In this document: positions 21,322 through 30,767 of the stretch, piece by piece
How the letters are laid out: each line of letters starts with the position of its first letter
How positions within the stretch are numbered: the stretch's first letter is position 1
Assembly: GCA_023379705.1 (NCBI GenBank)
Contig: JAMCPS010000032.1
Coordinates: 10,090-74,089, forward strand
Direction: 5' to 3'
Length of the DNA: 64,000 bases
Source of the DNA: Campylobacterota bacterium
GTDB taxonomy: Bacteria > Campylobacterota > Campylobacteria > Campylobacterales > Sulfurimonadaceae
Position numbers and translations under genes: made by a program
The notes under the pieces: model-generated
Seen by the model: only the letters and a program-made list of their open reading frames with translations
Database searches by the model: none
What the model was told of the DNA's origin: nothing

Positions 21322-22662
21322 ATGAAACTTTTTGGAACAGATGGCGTCCGCGGAGAAGCGGGATCCTTTTTAACAGCAGATTTGGCAATGAGAGTGGCGA
21401 TGGCTGCAGGAATTTATTTTAGAGATCATGCCCGTACCAAAAAGATTTTAGTTGGCAAAGATACCCGTAAAAGCGGTTATATGATTGAAAATGCTATCGT
21501 CAGCGGATTAACGGCTGTTGGCTATGACGTTATCCAAATTGGTCCTATGCCCACCCCTGCAATTGCTTTTTTAACGGCAAATATGCGATGTGATGCCGGT
21601 ATTATGATTTCAGCCAGTCATAATGCCTATGAAGACAATGGGATCAAATTTTTTGATTCTTATGGGAATAAGCTCTCCGAAGAGGTAGAAGCTGCTATTG
21701 AAGCAATTGTCCATGACAAAGAGAAGTTGCAGCAAGGCTATGTGATAGGCAAAAATATAGGGGCTGCTAAAAGAATTGATGACGTGATAGGGCGTTATAT
21801 TGTTCAGCTCAAGAATTCTTTTGGCAATGAATTGACATTGCAAGGTCTGCGTATCGTCTTAGATACAGCAAATGGTGCAGGATACAAAGTAGGTCCTACC
21901 GTACTCGAAGAGTTGGGCGCTGAAGTCATTGTTCTTCATGATAAACCAAACGGATTTAATATCAATGAAGGATGCGGAGCTTTACATACAAAAGATCTTC
22001 GAGAGGCAGTCAAACAATATCGTGCTGATATCGGATTGGCATTGGATGGGGATGCGGATCGACTTATCGTCGTAGATGAAAACGGAGACGAAGTAGACGG
22101 TGATCAAATTTTAGGAGCGCTTGCGTTATTCTTGCAGCAAAGCGGTCAACTAAAAGGTAAAGGAATGGTGGCAACTGTCATGAGTAATCAGGCGCTAGAA
22201 GATGCCATGACCGCGAATAAGCTTAAATTGTATCGTTCCAATGTAGGGGATAAATACGTATTAGAAATGATGCGTGAACACGGAATTAATTTTGGTGGAG
22301 AGCAAAGCGGCCATATTATCATGCATGATTATGCAAAAACAGGGGATGGCTTGGTGAGTGCATTGCAAATTTTGGCGCTTCTTCTCACATCGGAGGGAAA
22401 AGCGAGTAAAGTTCTACGCCCTTTTGAGCTATACCCTCAAAAATTAGTCAATATCAAAGTAAAAGTTAAAAAGCCGCTTTCTGAGATTGATGGATTGGAT
22501 GACGAATTGATTCAGACAGAGAAATTACATATGCGTCATCTCATCCGTTATTCAGGGACAGAGAACAAGCTTCGTATTCTGTTAGAAGGCAAAGATGCCA
22601 AAGTATTGGAAAAGCAAATGGATCATTTAGTATTGTTTTTTGAAAAGGTATTGAATGCTTAA
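21322..22662 (+). CDS. glmM: Phosphoglucosamine mutase
   Basis: [27 protein letters not shown] and RYSGTE motifs. Confidence 0.97.
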   Translation: MKLFGTDGVRGEAGSFLTADLAMRVAMAAGIYFRDHARTKKILVGKDTRKSGYMIENAIVSGLTAVGYDVIQIGPMPTPAIAFLTANMRCDAGIMISASHNAYEDNGIKFFDSYGNKLSEEVEAAIEAIVHDKEKLQQGYVIGKNIGAAKRIDDVIGRYIVQLKNSFGNELTLQGLRIVLDTANGAGYKVGPTVLEELGAEVIVLHDKPNGFNINEGCGALHTKDLREAVKQYRADIGLALDGDADRLIVVDENGDEVDGDQILGALALFLQQSGQLKGKGMVATVMSNQALEDAMTANKLKLYRSNVGDKYVLEMMREHGINFGGEQSGHIIMHDYAKTGDGLVSALQILALLLTSEGKASKVLRPFELYPQKLVNIKVKVKKPLSEIDGLDDELIQTEKLHMRHLIRYSGTENKLRILLEGKDAKVLEKQMDHLVLFFEKVLNA

Positions 22663-23092
22663 ATCTTTAGCCATTCTATTCGTTGTCTTATCAGCTGTTT
22701 TCATTGCTGACCAATTCATCAAAAATCTTTTTGTAGAGGGTTTTCGTTATTACACTAACTGTATTGATTTGATTTTGGTTTTTAACAAAGGGGTTGCTTT
22801 TTCGATGTTCGCTTTCTTGGCCGAATGGCTTAAGTGGATACAGTTAGCATTATTGGCGGGAGTTCTGGGTTACACGCTTTGGTTAAAAGAAAATCGCTAC
22901 TTCGTTCCTGTGGGCATGATGGTTGGAGCAGGACTGTCGAATGTAGCTGATCGTTTTATTCATGGTGGGGTAGTGGACTATGTTTATTGGCATTGCGGAT
23001 TTGATTTTGCGATATTTAATTTTGCCGATGTTATGATAGATATTGCCGTCGTTTGGCTTCTGATTTTAAACTATACCGCAAAAAAGGCTTAA
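22655..23092 (+). CDS. lspA: Lipoprotein signal peptidase II
   Basis: DQ..K, N.GVAFS, SN..DR..HG.VVD and FN.AD motifs. Confidence 0.96.
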   Translation: MLKSLAILFVVLSAVFIADQFIKNLFVEGFRYYTNCIDLILVFNKGVAFSMFAFLAEWLKWIQLALLAGVLGYTLWLKENRYFVPVGMMVGAGLSNVADRFIHGGVVDYVYWHCGFDFAIFNFADVMIDIAVVWLLILNYTAKKA

Positions 23093-23143
23093 GAGGTTTT
23101 TAACCTCGCAAACCGTATACTTCCAATTCTTAATTGCATAAAT

Positions 23144-23219
23144 GGTCTCATAGCTCAGTTGGTAGAGCACTACCTCGACAAGGTAGGGGTCGCTGGTTCG
23201 AGTCCAGTTGGGACCACCA
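23144..23219 (+). tRNA. tRNA-Val (anticodon GAC)
   Basis: 76-nt cloverleaf: acceptor GGTCTCA/TGGGACC, D-arm GCTC/GAGC, anticodon stem CTACC/GGTAG with loop TC-GAC-AA, TTCGA T-loop, discriminator A and encoded CCA. Confidence 0.95.
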
Positions 23220-23287
23220 TCCAAAAACCCCTCATTTCAGGGCTTTTATCAAATCAGCTTCCTACTTTTAATCCTATTTTTCCCCAG

Positions 23288-23306
23288 TGTCACCCAAAAT
23301 GTCACC
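23288..23306. repeat. TGTCACC direct repeat downstream of the tRNA (possible integrase arm-type sites)
   Basis: TGTCACC-caaaa-TGTCACC about 70 bp after the tRNA 3' end. Confidence 0.4.
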
Positions 23307-23449
23307 TTGCGTTTTAAAATATCTACTGCTTTGTCAATACTTCAATGAGAATCAACTGTTGTATGTGTATAGAAAAAGATTATAATTTAAGAATTCTCAA
23401 ATAGGTTAACAGATATTATTATTGATTATTTTTTAAACGAGGACTTGGA

Positions 23450-23971
23450 GTGAGAGATTTTATTTATTCGGTTATGCAAGATTACAGTTTGTTTGTGATT
23501 TTTTTTCATGTATTAGGTGCGTCTGTTTGGGTTGGAGGAATGATTACCCTGTGGTTTCTAACAAGAGAGTCAGGTGCTGGAGTTCCTATTGACCGGCGTG
23601 CAACGGGTCGAGCGGCATTGTATAAAAAATTCTTTACCTTTTTATCGCCCTTTGTGCTTCTTCTTTTTATATCAGCTCTTTTTATGGCATTGGGATACAA
23701 AGACAATGCTATTGATGCGAATGGATTTACGCTGGATTTAAAAAATTTGGAAACCTATAAGCTTATCCATACCAAGGGAAGTATCTGGACAATAATGGTT
23801 ATGAATATGTTTTTCATGATATGGATTCTGAATAAAGCGAGTTGTAAACTGTGTAAAACAAAAGTAAGTGCAGACTGCATGTGGCTTGTGGGTAAATATT
23901 TGCTGCCACTGAATATTTTTTTGGGTTTGGTGGGGATATTTTTAGGAGTATTCTTAAGAAGTACGTTTTAA
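23450..23971 (+). CDS. Four-TM membrane protein, CopD-like
   Basis: FFHVLGASVWVGG motif typical of CopD-type helices, plus CxxC (CKLC). GTG start with SD GAGGA. Confidence 0.6.
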   Translation: MRDFIYSVMQDYSLFVIFFHVLGASVWVGGMITLWFLTRESGAGVPIDRRATGRAALYKKFFTFLSPFVLLLFISALFMALGYKDNAIDANGFTLDLKNLETYKLIHTKGSIWTIMVMNMFFMIWILNKASCKLCKTKVSADCMWLVGKYLLPLNIFLGLVGIFLGVFLRSTF

Positions 23972-23974
23972 TCT

Positions 23975-24412
23975 ATGGATGAATTAGTAGTTTATCTGCA
24001 TAAGCGTCGGCTCATAATGATGGGTATTGTTGCTTTTTTAGCGATACTAGCCATTGCATCAAGCTACTATATTCATCTTTCGCCCTCTGCTTATTTTGGC
24101 GGTAAATACAACAAGACTTTCATTTATGCTCTTATTGTTTATAAGTTCATTGAATTGCCAATTCTTTATTATCTACTTCTTCATCGTCATCTCAGAGCCT
24201 TAAAAAAAACATTAGACCATCAAGAGCTTCTTTTAAAGCTAAGAAAGCATTCTAAGCTTCTTTTATTTTTAATTCCTCAAGGAAATACTGTTTTTGGGAT
24301 TATTGCCTATAAATTAAGCGGGAATGTTCTTTATTTTCTTTTTTTCTCTTTAATCGCCATTATAACACTATATCTCATAAAACCTAATAAATTTAAACTT
24401 TACAAAAAGTAA
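23975..24412 (+). CDS. Hypothetical membrane protein
   Basis: 145-aa ORF with several hydrophobic segments, 3 bp after the upstream stop. Confidence 0.65.
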   Translation: MDELVVYLHKRRLIMMGIVAFLAILAIASSYYIHLSPSAYFGGKYNKTFIYALIVYKFIELPILYYLLLHRHLRALKKTLDHQELLLKLRKHSKLLLFLIPQGNTVFGIIAYKLSGNVLYFLFFSLIAIITLYLIKPNKFKLYKK

Positions 24413-24516
24413 CAAATAACATACTTTTGTTAATTTTGTGTTAATTTAAAAGAACTTCAAGCTTGTTTAAAGTTGATTTACTTATAATTTAGGACTTTTC
24501 TAAGGGAGGATTTATA

Positions 24517-25326
24517 TTGAGAAAAATTATACTGCTAGTTTCTCTACTAATAACTTTTTTAAATGCCGCTCCGCTGGGCATTGAAGAAAAATTAGGAAAG
24601 ATGGTTCCTCTTGATTTGACATTTATTAATGAGAAATCAGAACAAGTAACATTAGAGAAATTGATGGATGGCAAACCAACCATTTTAACGCTCAATTATT
24701 TTCGATGTGCAGGCATTTGTAGCCCACAGCTGAACGATTTGGCAAAAACTCTTGGGAAGTTGGATCTTGCGGAGAATACAGATTATAAAGTGATCACCGT
24801 AAGCTTCGCAGAAAACGAAACACCGGCGTTAGCAGCAGCGAAACGCAAAAATCAACTTGAGTCAATCGGACGAGAATACGTTGCAGATGCATGGCACTTT
24901 GTTATTGGAGAGAACAACAGTTCTGGAAAACTGGCAGACAGTGTCGGTTTTCGATATGAGAAAACGGTTTCCATGACGGGAAAAGTGGACTATATCCATT
25001 CAGCATCATTGATCGTATTGTCACCTGAGGGCAAGGTAACCCGTTACTTATACGGTGTAACACAAGCGCCAATTGATCTGAAGATGGCAATATTTGAAGC
25101 AAGTAATGGGACAGTTCGTCCAACCATCGCAAAACCACTACTCTTTTGCTACTCATATGATCCGGAAGCAAAAAAGTATATTTTTGAATGGGAAAAAATT
25201 GCCGGCGTAGTTATGTTAGCAATGGTATTTGGATTCTTTCTTTATCTTATAAAATTAGGAAGAAAAGAAGACGACCGTCATATGAAACAAGAAGATCATC
25301 ACACAAAAGGAGAGAATAATGAGTAA
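24517..25326 (+). CDS. SCO family copper chaperone
   Basis: YFRCAGIC (CxxxC), WHF..G, YIH...L..LSPEGKVTRYLYG and C-terminal LFCYSYDP plus TM. TTG start with SD GGAGGA. Confidence 0.92.
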   Translation: MRKIILLVSLLITFLNAAPLGIEEKLGKMVPLDLTFINEKSEQVTLEKLMDGKPTILTLNYFRCAGICSPQLNDLAKTLGKLDLAENTDYKVITVSFAENETPALAAAKRKNQLESIGREYVADAWHFVIGENNSSGKLADSVGFRYEKTVSMTGKVDYIHSASLIVLSPEGKVTRYLYGVTQAPIDLKMAIFEASNGTVRPTIAKPLLFCYSYDPEAKKYIFEWEKIAGVVMLAMVFGFFLYLIKLGRKEDDRHMKQEDHHTKGENNE

Positions 25327-26995
25327 AAGCTATTTCGATGAAACACACTGTGCCTTTGGTCACCCAAAAAGCACTTTTATGCAATGGATGTTAACCATTG
25401 ACCACAAACGTATCGGTATTATGTATGCCGTGGTAATGTTCACGTTCTTTTTTGTAGCCGTTGCTGCAGCATTGACAATGAGATTTGAGTTGTTTGCTCC
25501 AGGGCAACAATTCATAGAGGCGCACACGTTTAACCAAGCGTTTACGCTTCATGGGGTAGTTATGGTTTTCCTGTTTATTATTCCAGGGATTCCAGCCGTA
25601 TTTGGAAACATTGTCATGCCATTGATGATCGGTGCGAAAGATGTCTCTTTCCCGCGTCTTAACTGGTTTACGTTTTGGCTTTACATCGTTGGGTGTATTG
25701 TTGCACTATCTTCATTGTTTAATTTCAGTATTGCCGATGGCGGTTTGACATTTAACTTTGCAGACACAGGTTGGACATTCTATGCTCCATACAGTTTAAA
25801 TACAGATACAAATGTTATTACAACGCTTGTAGCTGCGTTTATTCTTGGTATGGCGTCTATCTTAACAGGTCTTAACTTCCTGGTTACGATCCACCGTCTT
25901 CGTGCGCCTGGTATGGACTTCTTCAAAATGCCATTGTTTGTATGGGGTATCTATGCGACTGCATGGATTCAGCTTCTTGCTACACCAGTTGTCGGTATTA
26001 CGCTGGTTCTTGCAATATTAGAGAAATATTTTGGTATTGGTATCTTTGATCCAGCAAAAGGTGGAGATCCAGTATTGTTCCAACATTTGTTCTGGATTTA
26101 TTCACACCCAGCGGTTTATTTGATGATTCTTCCAGCGTTTGGTATCATGTCTGAGATTATGCCTGTATTCTCACGCAGAGAGATCTTCGGTTACCGTACA
26201 ATCGCCCTTTCATCAGCGGCTATTGCTGGTGTTGGTTACTTAGTATGGGGTCACCACTTATTCACGTCAGGTATGTCTGACATTGCTAAAGTAATGTTCT
26301 CGTTCCTTACGTTCTTTGTTGCTATTCCTACGGGGATCAAGTTTTATGACTGGATCGCAACGATGTATAAAGGTAAAATTGTTCTTGATACGCCTATGTT
26401 GTGGGCATTGGGTACGATTATCACGTTTGCAATAGGTGGTCTTTCAGGGGTAACTATTGCGATGGTTGGTTCTGATATTCACCTCCAAGATACGTATTAC
26501 ACGATTGCGCACTTTCACTATGCGATGTTAGGTGGGGTTGTATTCTTGTTCTTCGCAGGTATCCATTATTGGTTCCCTCTTGTATTTGGAAAAATGTACT
26601 CTGAATATCAAGCGAAAGCGGCATTTTATATTCTTTTCGTCGGCTTTAATTTATTGTGGTTCCCAATGTTTATCGCAGGCTACCTTGGTATGCCAAGACG
26701 TTATTTTGATTACTTGCCAGAATTTCAGATTTATCACCAAATCTCATTTTGGGGCGCAATCATTTTTGTCACGGGCCTTGTCTACATGTTTTATGTATTG
26801 ATTCAAGGTATTCGTAAAGGTCCAGCGACTACACCAAATCCATGGAATGCAACAACACTTGAGTGGCACTTGCCAAGTTCTCCACCACCATTGGAAAACC
26901 ATACAAAAGTTCCATATGTTGACTTTAGACCATACGAGTATCACCATGGTCAACCGGTTGTTAAGTTTGATGAAAATATGAAAAGGATTGATTGA
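25319..26995 (+). CDS. coxA: Heme-copper oxidase subunit I, family A2
   Basis: DHKRIG, TLHG, GAKDV.FPRLN (D-channel Asp), GWTFY.P, GGDP.LFQHLFWIYSHPAVY (A2 YS motif), WGHH, PTGIK, HFH and GMPRR. Confidence 0.96.
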   Translation: MSKSYFDETHCAFGHPKSTFMQWMLTIDHKRIGIMYAVVMFTFFFVAVAAALTMRFELFAPGQQFIEAHTFNQAFTLHGVVMVFLFIIPGIPAVFGNIVMPLMIGAKDVSFPRLNWFTFWLYIVGCIVALSSLFNFSIADGGLTFNFADTGWTFYAPYSLNTDTNVITTLVAAFILGMASILTGLNFLVTIHRLRAPGMDFFKMPLFVWGIYATAWIQLLATPVVGITLVLAILEKYFGIGIFDPAKGGDPVLFQHLFWIYSHPAVYLMILPAFGIMSEIMPVFSRREIFGYRTIALSSAAIAGVGYLVWGHHLFTSGMSDIAKVMFSFLTFFVAIPTGIKFYDWIATMYKGKIVLDTPMLWALGTIITFAIGGLSGVTIAMVGSDIHLQDTYYTIAHFHYAMLGGVVFLFFAGIHYWFPLVFGKMYSEYQAKAAFYILFVGFNLLWFPMFIAGYLGMPRRYFDYLPEFQIYHQISFWGAIIFVTGLVYMFYVLIQGIRKGPATTPNPWNATTLEWHLPSSPPPLENHTKVPYVDFRPYEYHHGQPVVKFDENMKRID

Positions 26996-27717
26996 TGGCA
27001 CACGATTCTCACGATTCTCACGAGTACATCCCGGAAATTGCGGTTGACCGCAACGGGAAAGAGCACGTAGTACAAGGATGGCAAGGTGACTACGAAGGTG
27101 GTAAACTAGGTTTTTGGCTGTTTATGCTTACAGAAGTATTGATGTTTGGAGCCATGTTTATGGTTCTAACATATTACTATACATTGCATCAACAAGATTT
27201 TTTGAACGCATCAGCGAGCCTTAATCGAGTACTAGGCGGTTTCAATACTGTCGTTCTTTTGGTTTCAGCATTGACAATGGGTCTTGGTCTATTGAAAATG
27301 CGCAGTGGTGATGTAAAAGGTGCCAAGTTGATGATTTGGGCAACTATTTTATTAGCAGGTGTCTTCTTGGGCGTTAAAGCGGTTGAATGGACAGCAGAAT
27401 ACCATCATGGTGTTTTCTTAGGTCTTGATGCGCTTCAATCAGGGAATGAGCATTCAAAACCATTTGGTGAAATCCTATTTTTTGGAATGTATTTTACAAT
27501 GACAGGTCTTCACGGTTTTCATATTATTATCGGGATTGGACTAATGCTGTGGCTTCTTAAGCGTATCAACAGCGGTAAAGTATCACCAGAGCATCATATT
27601 TTACATTTCAATATTGCACTTTATTGGGATTTAGTACACCTTATTTGGGTATTTGTGTTCCCATATTTTTACATGATCGGTGCAGGTGATATTGCAGGAG
27701 GAGCTATTCATGGCTAA
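26992..27717 (+). CDS. coxC: Heme-copper oxidase subunit III
   Basis: GFWLFMLTE...F, NT.VLL.S, YF.MTGLHG.H and YW..V...W motifs. Confidence 0.92.
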   Translation: MMAHDSHDSHEYIPEIAVDRNGKEHVVQGWQGDYEGGKLGFWLFMLTEVLMFGAMFMVLTYYYTLHQQDFLNASASLNRVLGGFNTVVLLVSALTMGLGLLKMRSGDVKGAKLMIWATILLAGVFLGVKAVEWTAEYHHGVFLGLDALQSGNEHSKPFGEILFFGMYFTMTGLHGFHIIIGIGLMLWLLKRINSGKVSPEHHILHFNIALYWDLVHLIWVFVFPYFYMIGAGDIAGGAIHG

Positions 27718-28036
27718 TCACACAACAGTAGATTACAAAGCGGAAAAAGGCGGTTATTATAAAGTTCTTTTAGGACTTTTACTGCTTACGGCATTAACGT
27801 TTATCCAGCCGTCAATGTTTTTACCAGACATGACATTCGGTGTTCAAATGTTGATTGGAACAGTAAAAGCATGGATTATTTTGATGTATTACATGCACTT
27901 AAAAGGTGAGAAACTTATTGGATGGACGGTTATATTTGCTGTCTTTATTGTTGCCTTTTTCTTTGCTATCGTTATGATAGATGTTAGTAATTTCCAATAT
28001 GCAGATGTTAGTCATATAACATCGCCAGCGAAATAA
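27710..28036 (+). CDS. coxD: Heme-copper oxidase subunit IV
   Basis: LL.LT.L, KA..I..YYMHLK motif and three TMs. Start trimmed to ATG 27710 (SD GGAGG). Confidence 0.85.
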   Translation: MANHTTVDYKAEKGGYYKVLLGLLLLTALTFIQPSMFLPDMTFGVQMLIGTVKAWIILMYYMHLKGEKLIGWTVIFAVFIVAFFFAIVMIDVSNFQYADVSHITSPAK

Positions 28037-28045
28037 GGAGGCGGT

Positions 28046-29272
28046 ATGTCAGTAGAAATGAATACAAGTAATGTATTAGAAGGCTTTAACTCAAGTGCTG
28101 CAACATTTACAGCAGATATAGATCAAGCATTATGGATAAATTTGGTACTTTCAATCGTATTGTTTATCTCGGTTGTCGCTCCAATGCTTTACTTTGCTGT
28201 GAAATACCGTGCAAGTAATGTTAAAGACGAGAATATTGAAAACATAACGCATCACACGGTTTTAGAAATTACTTGGACGGTTGTCCCTACGTTGATGTTG
28301 GCAGTTTTCTTCTGGTATGGATATACGAGCATGAAAACACTTCGTACAATGCCGGATGCATCAAATGCAATTATTGTTAAAGTTGAAGGTAGTAAATGGA
28401 AATGGAGATATGAGTATCCTCCAAATTCAAATGGTTACGTTCACAAACTCGGTGGAGCATTTACTAAGCCTGTGCAAGATAAGAATGGAAAAATTATCGA
28501 AAAAGGTACAATGGATAAATCTGCACTGTATGTACCAGTTGGTACAAATATCATCCTAGAGATGACGGCACCACTGGATGATGTTCTTCACTCATTCTTT
28601 GTTCCGGCATTCCGTATGAAAGAGGATGTGGTTCCAGGTCGTCTTACAAAGCAGTGGTTTAAAGCTGACAAAGTAGGTGAGTTTGATGTTGAGTGTGCTG
28701 AGTATTGTGGTACAGACCACTCATATATGTACTCTAGAATTGTTGTGCTTCCAAAAGCTGAATATGAAGCTTGGTTCAATAGTAATGAAGATACACCAAA
28801 AGGTAACTATGCTAAAGGCGGTGATGCAGTATTACAACTTCATGGATGTAAAAGCTGTCACGCAGTTACAACAGATAAACTGCTTATTGGTCCTACGCTA
28901 AAAACAAGAACATTGACTAAAGAACAAGTATTAGATGTAATCAAAAATGGTCAAGGTAAACTTGGGTATGATATGGGTGCAATGCCAGCTGGTTTGGCTT
29001 CAGGTACTGATGCTCAAGAGATTGCAGCTTATGTTGCTGGTGGTCTTAAAGGTACACAACCTGCTTCATTTGCAGCATGTAGTTCATGTCATGGTGAAGA
29101 TGGTAGGGGTATGGATGGCATGGCTCCAAGCCTTGTATCCTATGATGCTAAACTTTTACGTAATGTATTGAAGCACGGCAAAAAGGGTATGATCGGTACA
29201 ATGCCACCGTTCCCTTATGTATCAGACGAAGAGGTTTCAGCTATTGCTGAATATCTAAACGGTACAAAATGA
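28046..29272 (+). CDS. coxB: Heme-copper oxidase subunit II with CuA centre and fused di-heme cytochrome c
   Basis: LEITWTVVP, W.W.Y.Y, DVLHSF..P.FR.K.D.VPG, CAEYCGTDHSYM (CuA) and two CxxCH motifs (CKSCH, CSSCH). Confidence 0.94.
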   Translation: MSVEMNTSNVLEGFNSSAATFTADIDQALWINLVLSIVLFISVVAPMLYFAVKYRASNVKDENIENITHHTVLEITWTVVPTLMLAVFFWYGYTSMKTLRTMPDASNAIIVKVEGSKWKWRYEYPPNSNGYVHKLGGAFTKPVQDKNGKIIEKGTMDKSALYVPVGTNIILEMTAPLDDVLHSFFVPAFRMKEDVVPGRLTKQWFKADKVGEFDVECAEYCGTDHSYMYSRIVVLPKAEYEAWFNSNEDTPKGNYAKGGDAVLQLHGCKSCHAVTTDKLLIGPTLKTRTLTKEQVLDVIKNGQGKLGYDMGAMPAGLASGTDAQEIAAYVAGGLKGTQPASFAACSSCHGEDGRGMDGMAPSLVSYDAKLLRNVLKHGKKGMIGTMPPFPYVSDEEVSAIAEYLNGTK

Positions 29273-30129
29273 TCAAAGACTTTATTGTTTTAACTAAATT
29301 TGTCCTCTCTTTTGCCGTGAGCCTTTCGGCTCTCTTTGCCTACATAATGGCAAAGGGCGAAATTGGACCGGATATGTTTATTGCAACTTTTGCAGTGCTC
29401 TTGGTCGCGATGGGTGTTTCAACACTTAATCAATACCAAGAATATAAAGAAGACGCGTTAATGGAACGTACAAAGCACAGACCGATTGCTTCTGGCAAAT
29501 GGTCTCCTCGTACAGCGGTTATAATTGCCGCCATATTAATTCTTTCATCTCTTATCCTTATTTATGATTTACTTGGATTTATCGGGGTTGATTTATTTCT
29601 TTTCTCTTTTCTTTGGTATAACTTTTTTTACACACCTTTGAAAAAGAAAAGTGCATTGGCAGTTGTCCCTGGGGCAATATTGGGTGTTATACCACCTGCT
29701 ATTGGTTGGCTTGCTGCTGGAGGATCACTTGGAGAACCAGAGTTTTTTGCTTTGGGACTTTTTTACTTTGTATGGCAGATACCGCATTTTTGGCTTTTAG
29801 TCATGCTGCATTATGGAGATTATGCCGGAGCAGGGTATCCTACGGCAATGCGTTTGTTTGGAAAAATGAGTCTTCAACGTCTAACTTATTATTGGCTGAT
29901 GTTGACGATTATGACAGGTTATTTTATGGTAACTGTTTTTCAACCAGCGAATACAGTGATAATAGGAATACTCATTCTAACGGCAATACTTGCATTTATC
30001 AGTAGCCTACAACTTTTGACTAAAGATTTTGATCTTAAGCGGGCCCGTAAAGTATTTTGGCAGATTAACCTTGCCTTTTTGGGAACAGTAATTTTGATCA
30101 GTATTGATGAGTTTTTAAAAGTACACTAA
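29269..30129 (+). CDS. ctaB: Protoheme IX farnesyltransferase (heme O synthase)
   Basis: N...E...D..MERT..RPI.SG, YT.LKK, GA..G..PP..GW, WQ.PHFW and DY..AG.P motifs. Confidence 0.93.
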   Translation: MIKDFIVLTKFVLSFAVSLSALFAYIMAKGEIGPDMFIATFAVLLVAMGVSTLNQYQEYKEDALMERTKHRPIASGKWSPRTAVIIAAILILSSLILIYDLLGFIGVDLFLFSFLWYNFFYTPLKKKSALAVVPGAILGVIPPAIGWLAAGGSLGEPEFFALGLFYFVWQIPHFWLLVMLHYGDYAGAGYPTAMRLFGKMSLQRLTYYWLMLTIMTGYFMVTVFQPANTVIIGILILTAILAFISSLQLLTKDFDLKRARKVFWQINLAFLGTVILISIDEFLKVH

Positions 30130-30190
30130 TCTATGCTACATTGCAAGAGGTATTCCTCTTGTACCCTTCATTTATTTTCGAGGAAATCTT

Positions 30191-30700
30191 ATGCCTACTT
30201 ACTCTCTAAAAGCCATTCTATCAACCTTTGCAAAATCCAATGGAACAAAGCGAACCATTTTCAATCAAGCTCCTATTGGCGGGATCAGCAGCAAAAGTGT
30301 GATTTTATTCTTTTTAGCAATGCCTTTTATAGAGTATGCCCTTATATTTAACCCGTATGTGTTTAATGCATTAGGAATAGCACAATGCATCATCTTATAT
30401 ATTGTCTTATTATCGATAGTGATGATTAGCGTATTCTTAATATCGTGGCAAATAAAAAGAAGTGTCATTAAAAAAATAACGCCTAGTTGGAAAAACTATT
30501 TTGATAAAATAGACATCAACATGCTTTTATCGTCTGGTACAACCCCTTACAGTCAATTTTTTGACTATTATACAAAAGCTCTTATTGAAAATAAAAGCGA
30601 AGAGGAATTGCACCATTATTTATTGGATGCATTCAAAAAAATGGAAGAAGAAAACAAAGAATTAATTGAAGCGATGATAAAAGATAATAAGTTCAATTAG
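30191..30700 (+). CDS. Conserved hypothetical two-TM protein
   Basis: 169-aa ORF with SD GAGGA and two TM segments. Confidence 0.7.
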   Translation: MPTYSLKAILSTFAKSNGTKRTIFNQAPIGGISSKSVILFFLAMPFIEYALIFNPYVFNALGIAQCIILYIVLLSIVMISVFLISWQIKRSVIKKITPSWKNYFDKIDINMLLSSGTTPYSQFFDYYTKALIENKSEEELHHYLLDAFKKMEEENKELIEAMIKDNKFN

Positions 30701-30767
30701 TTCGTTAATATCTACACAATCAAATATACCGTATAATTCGCATAATTTTGAAACAAGGCGTACCTTT

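Noticed and set aside
24428-24447. TGTTAATTT direct repeat with 11-bp period upstream of sco-cox (OmpR-type box)
   Set aside because: Low-complexity AT-rich sequence. It is plausible but cannot be distinguished from chance without comparative data.
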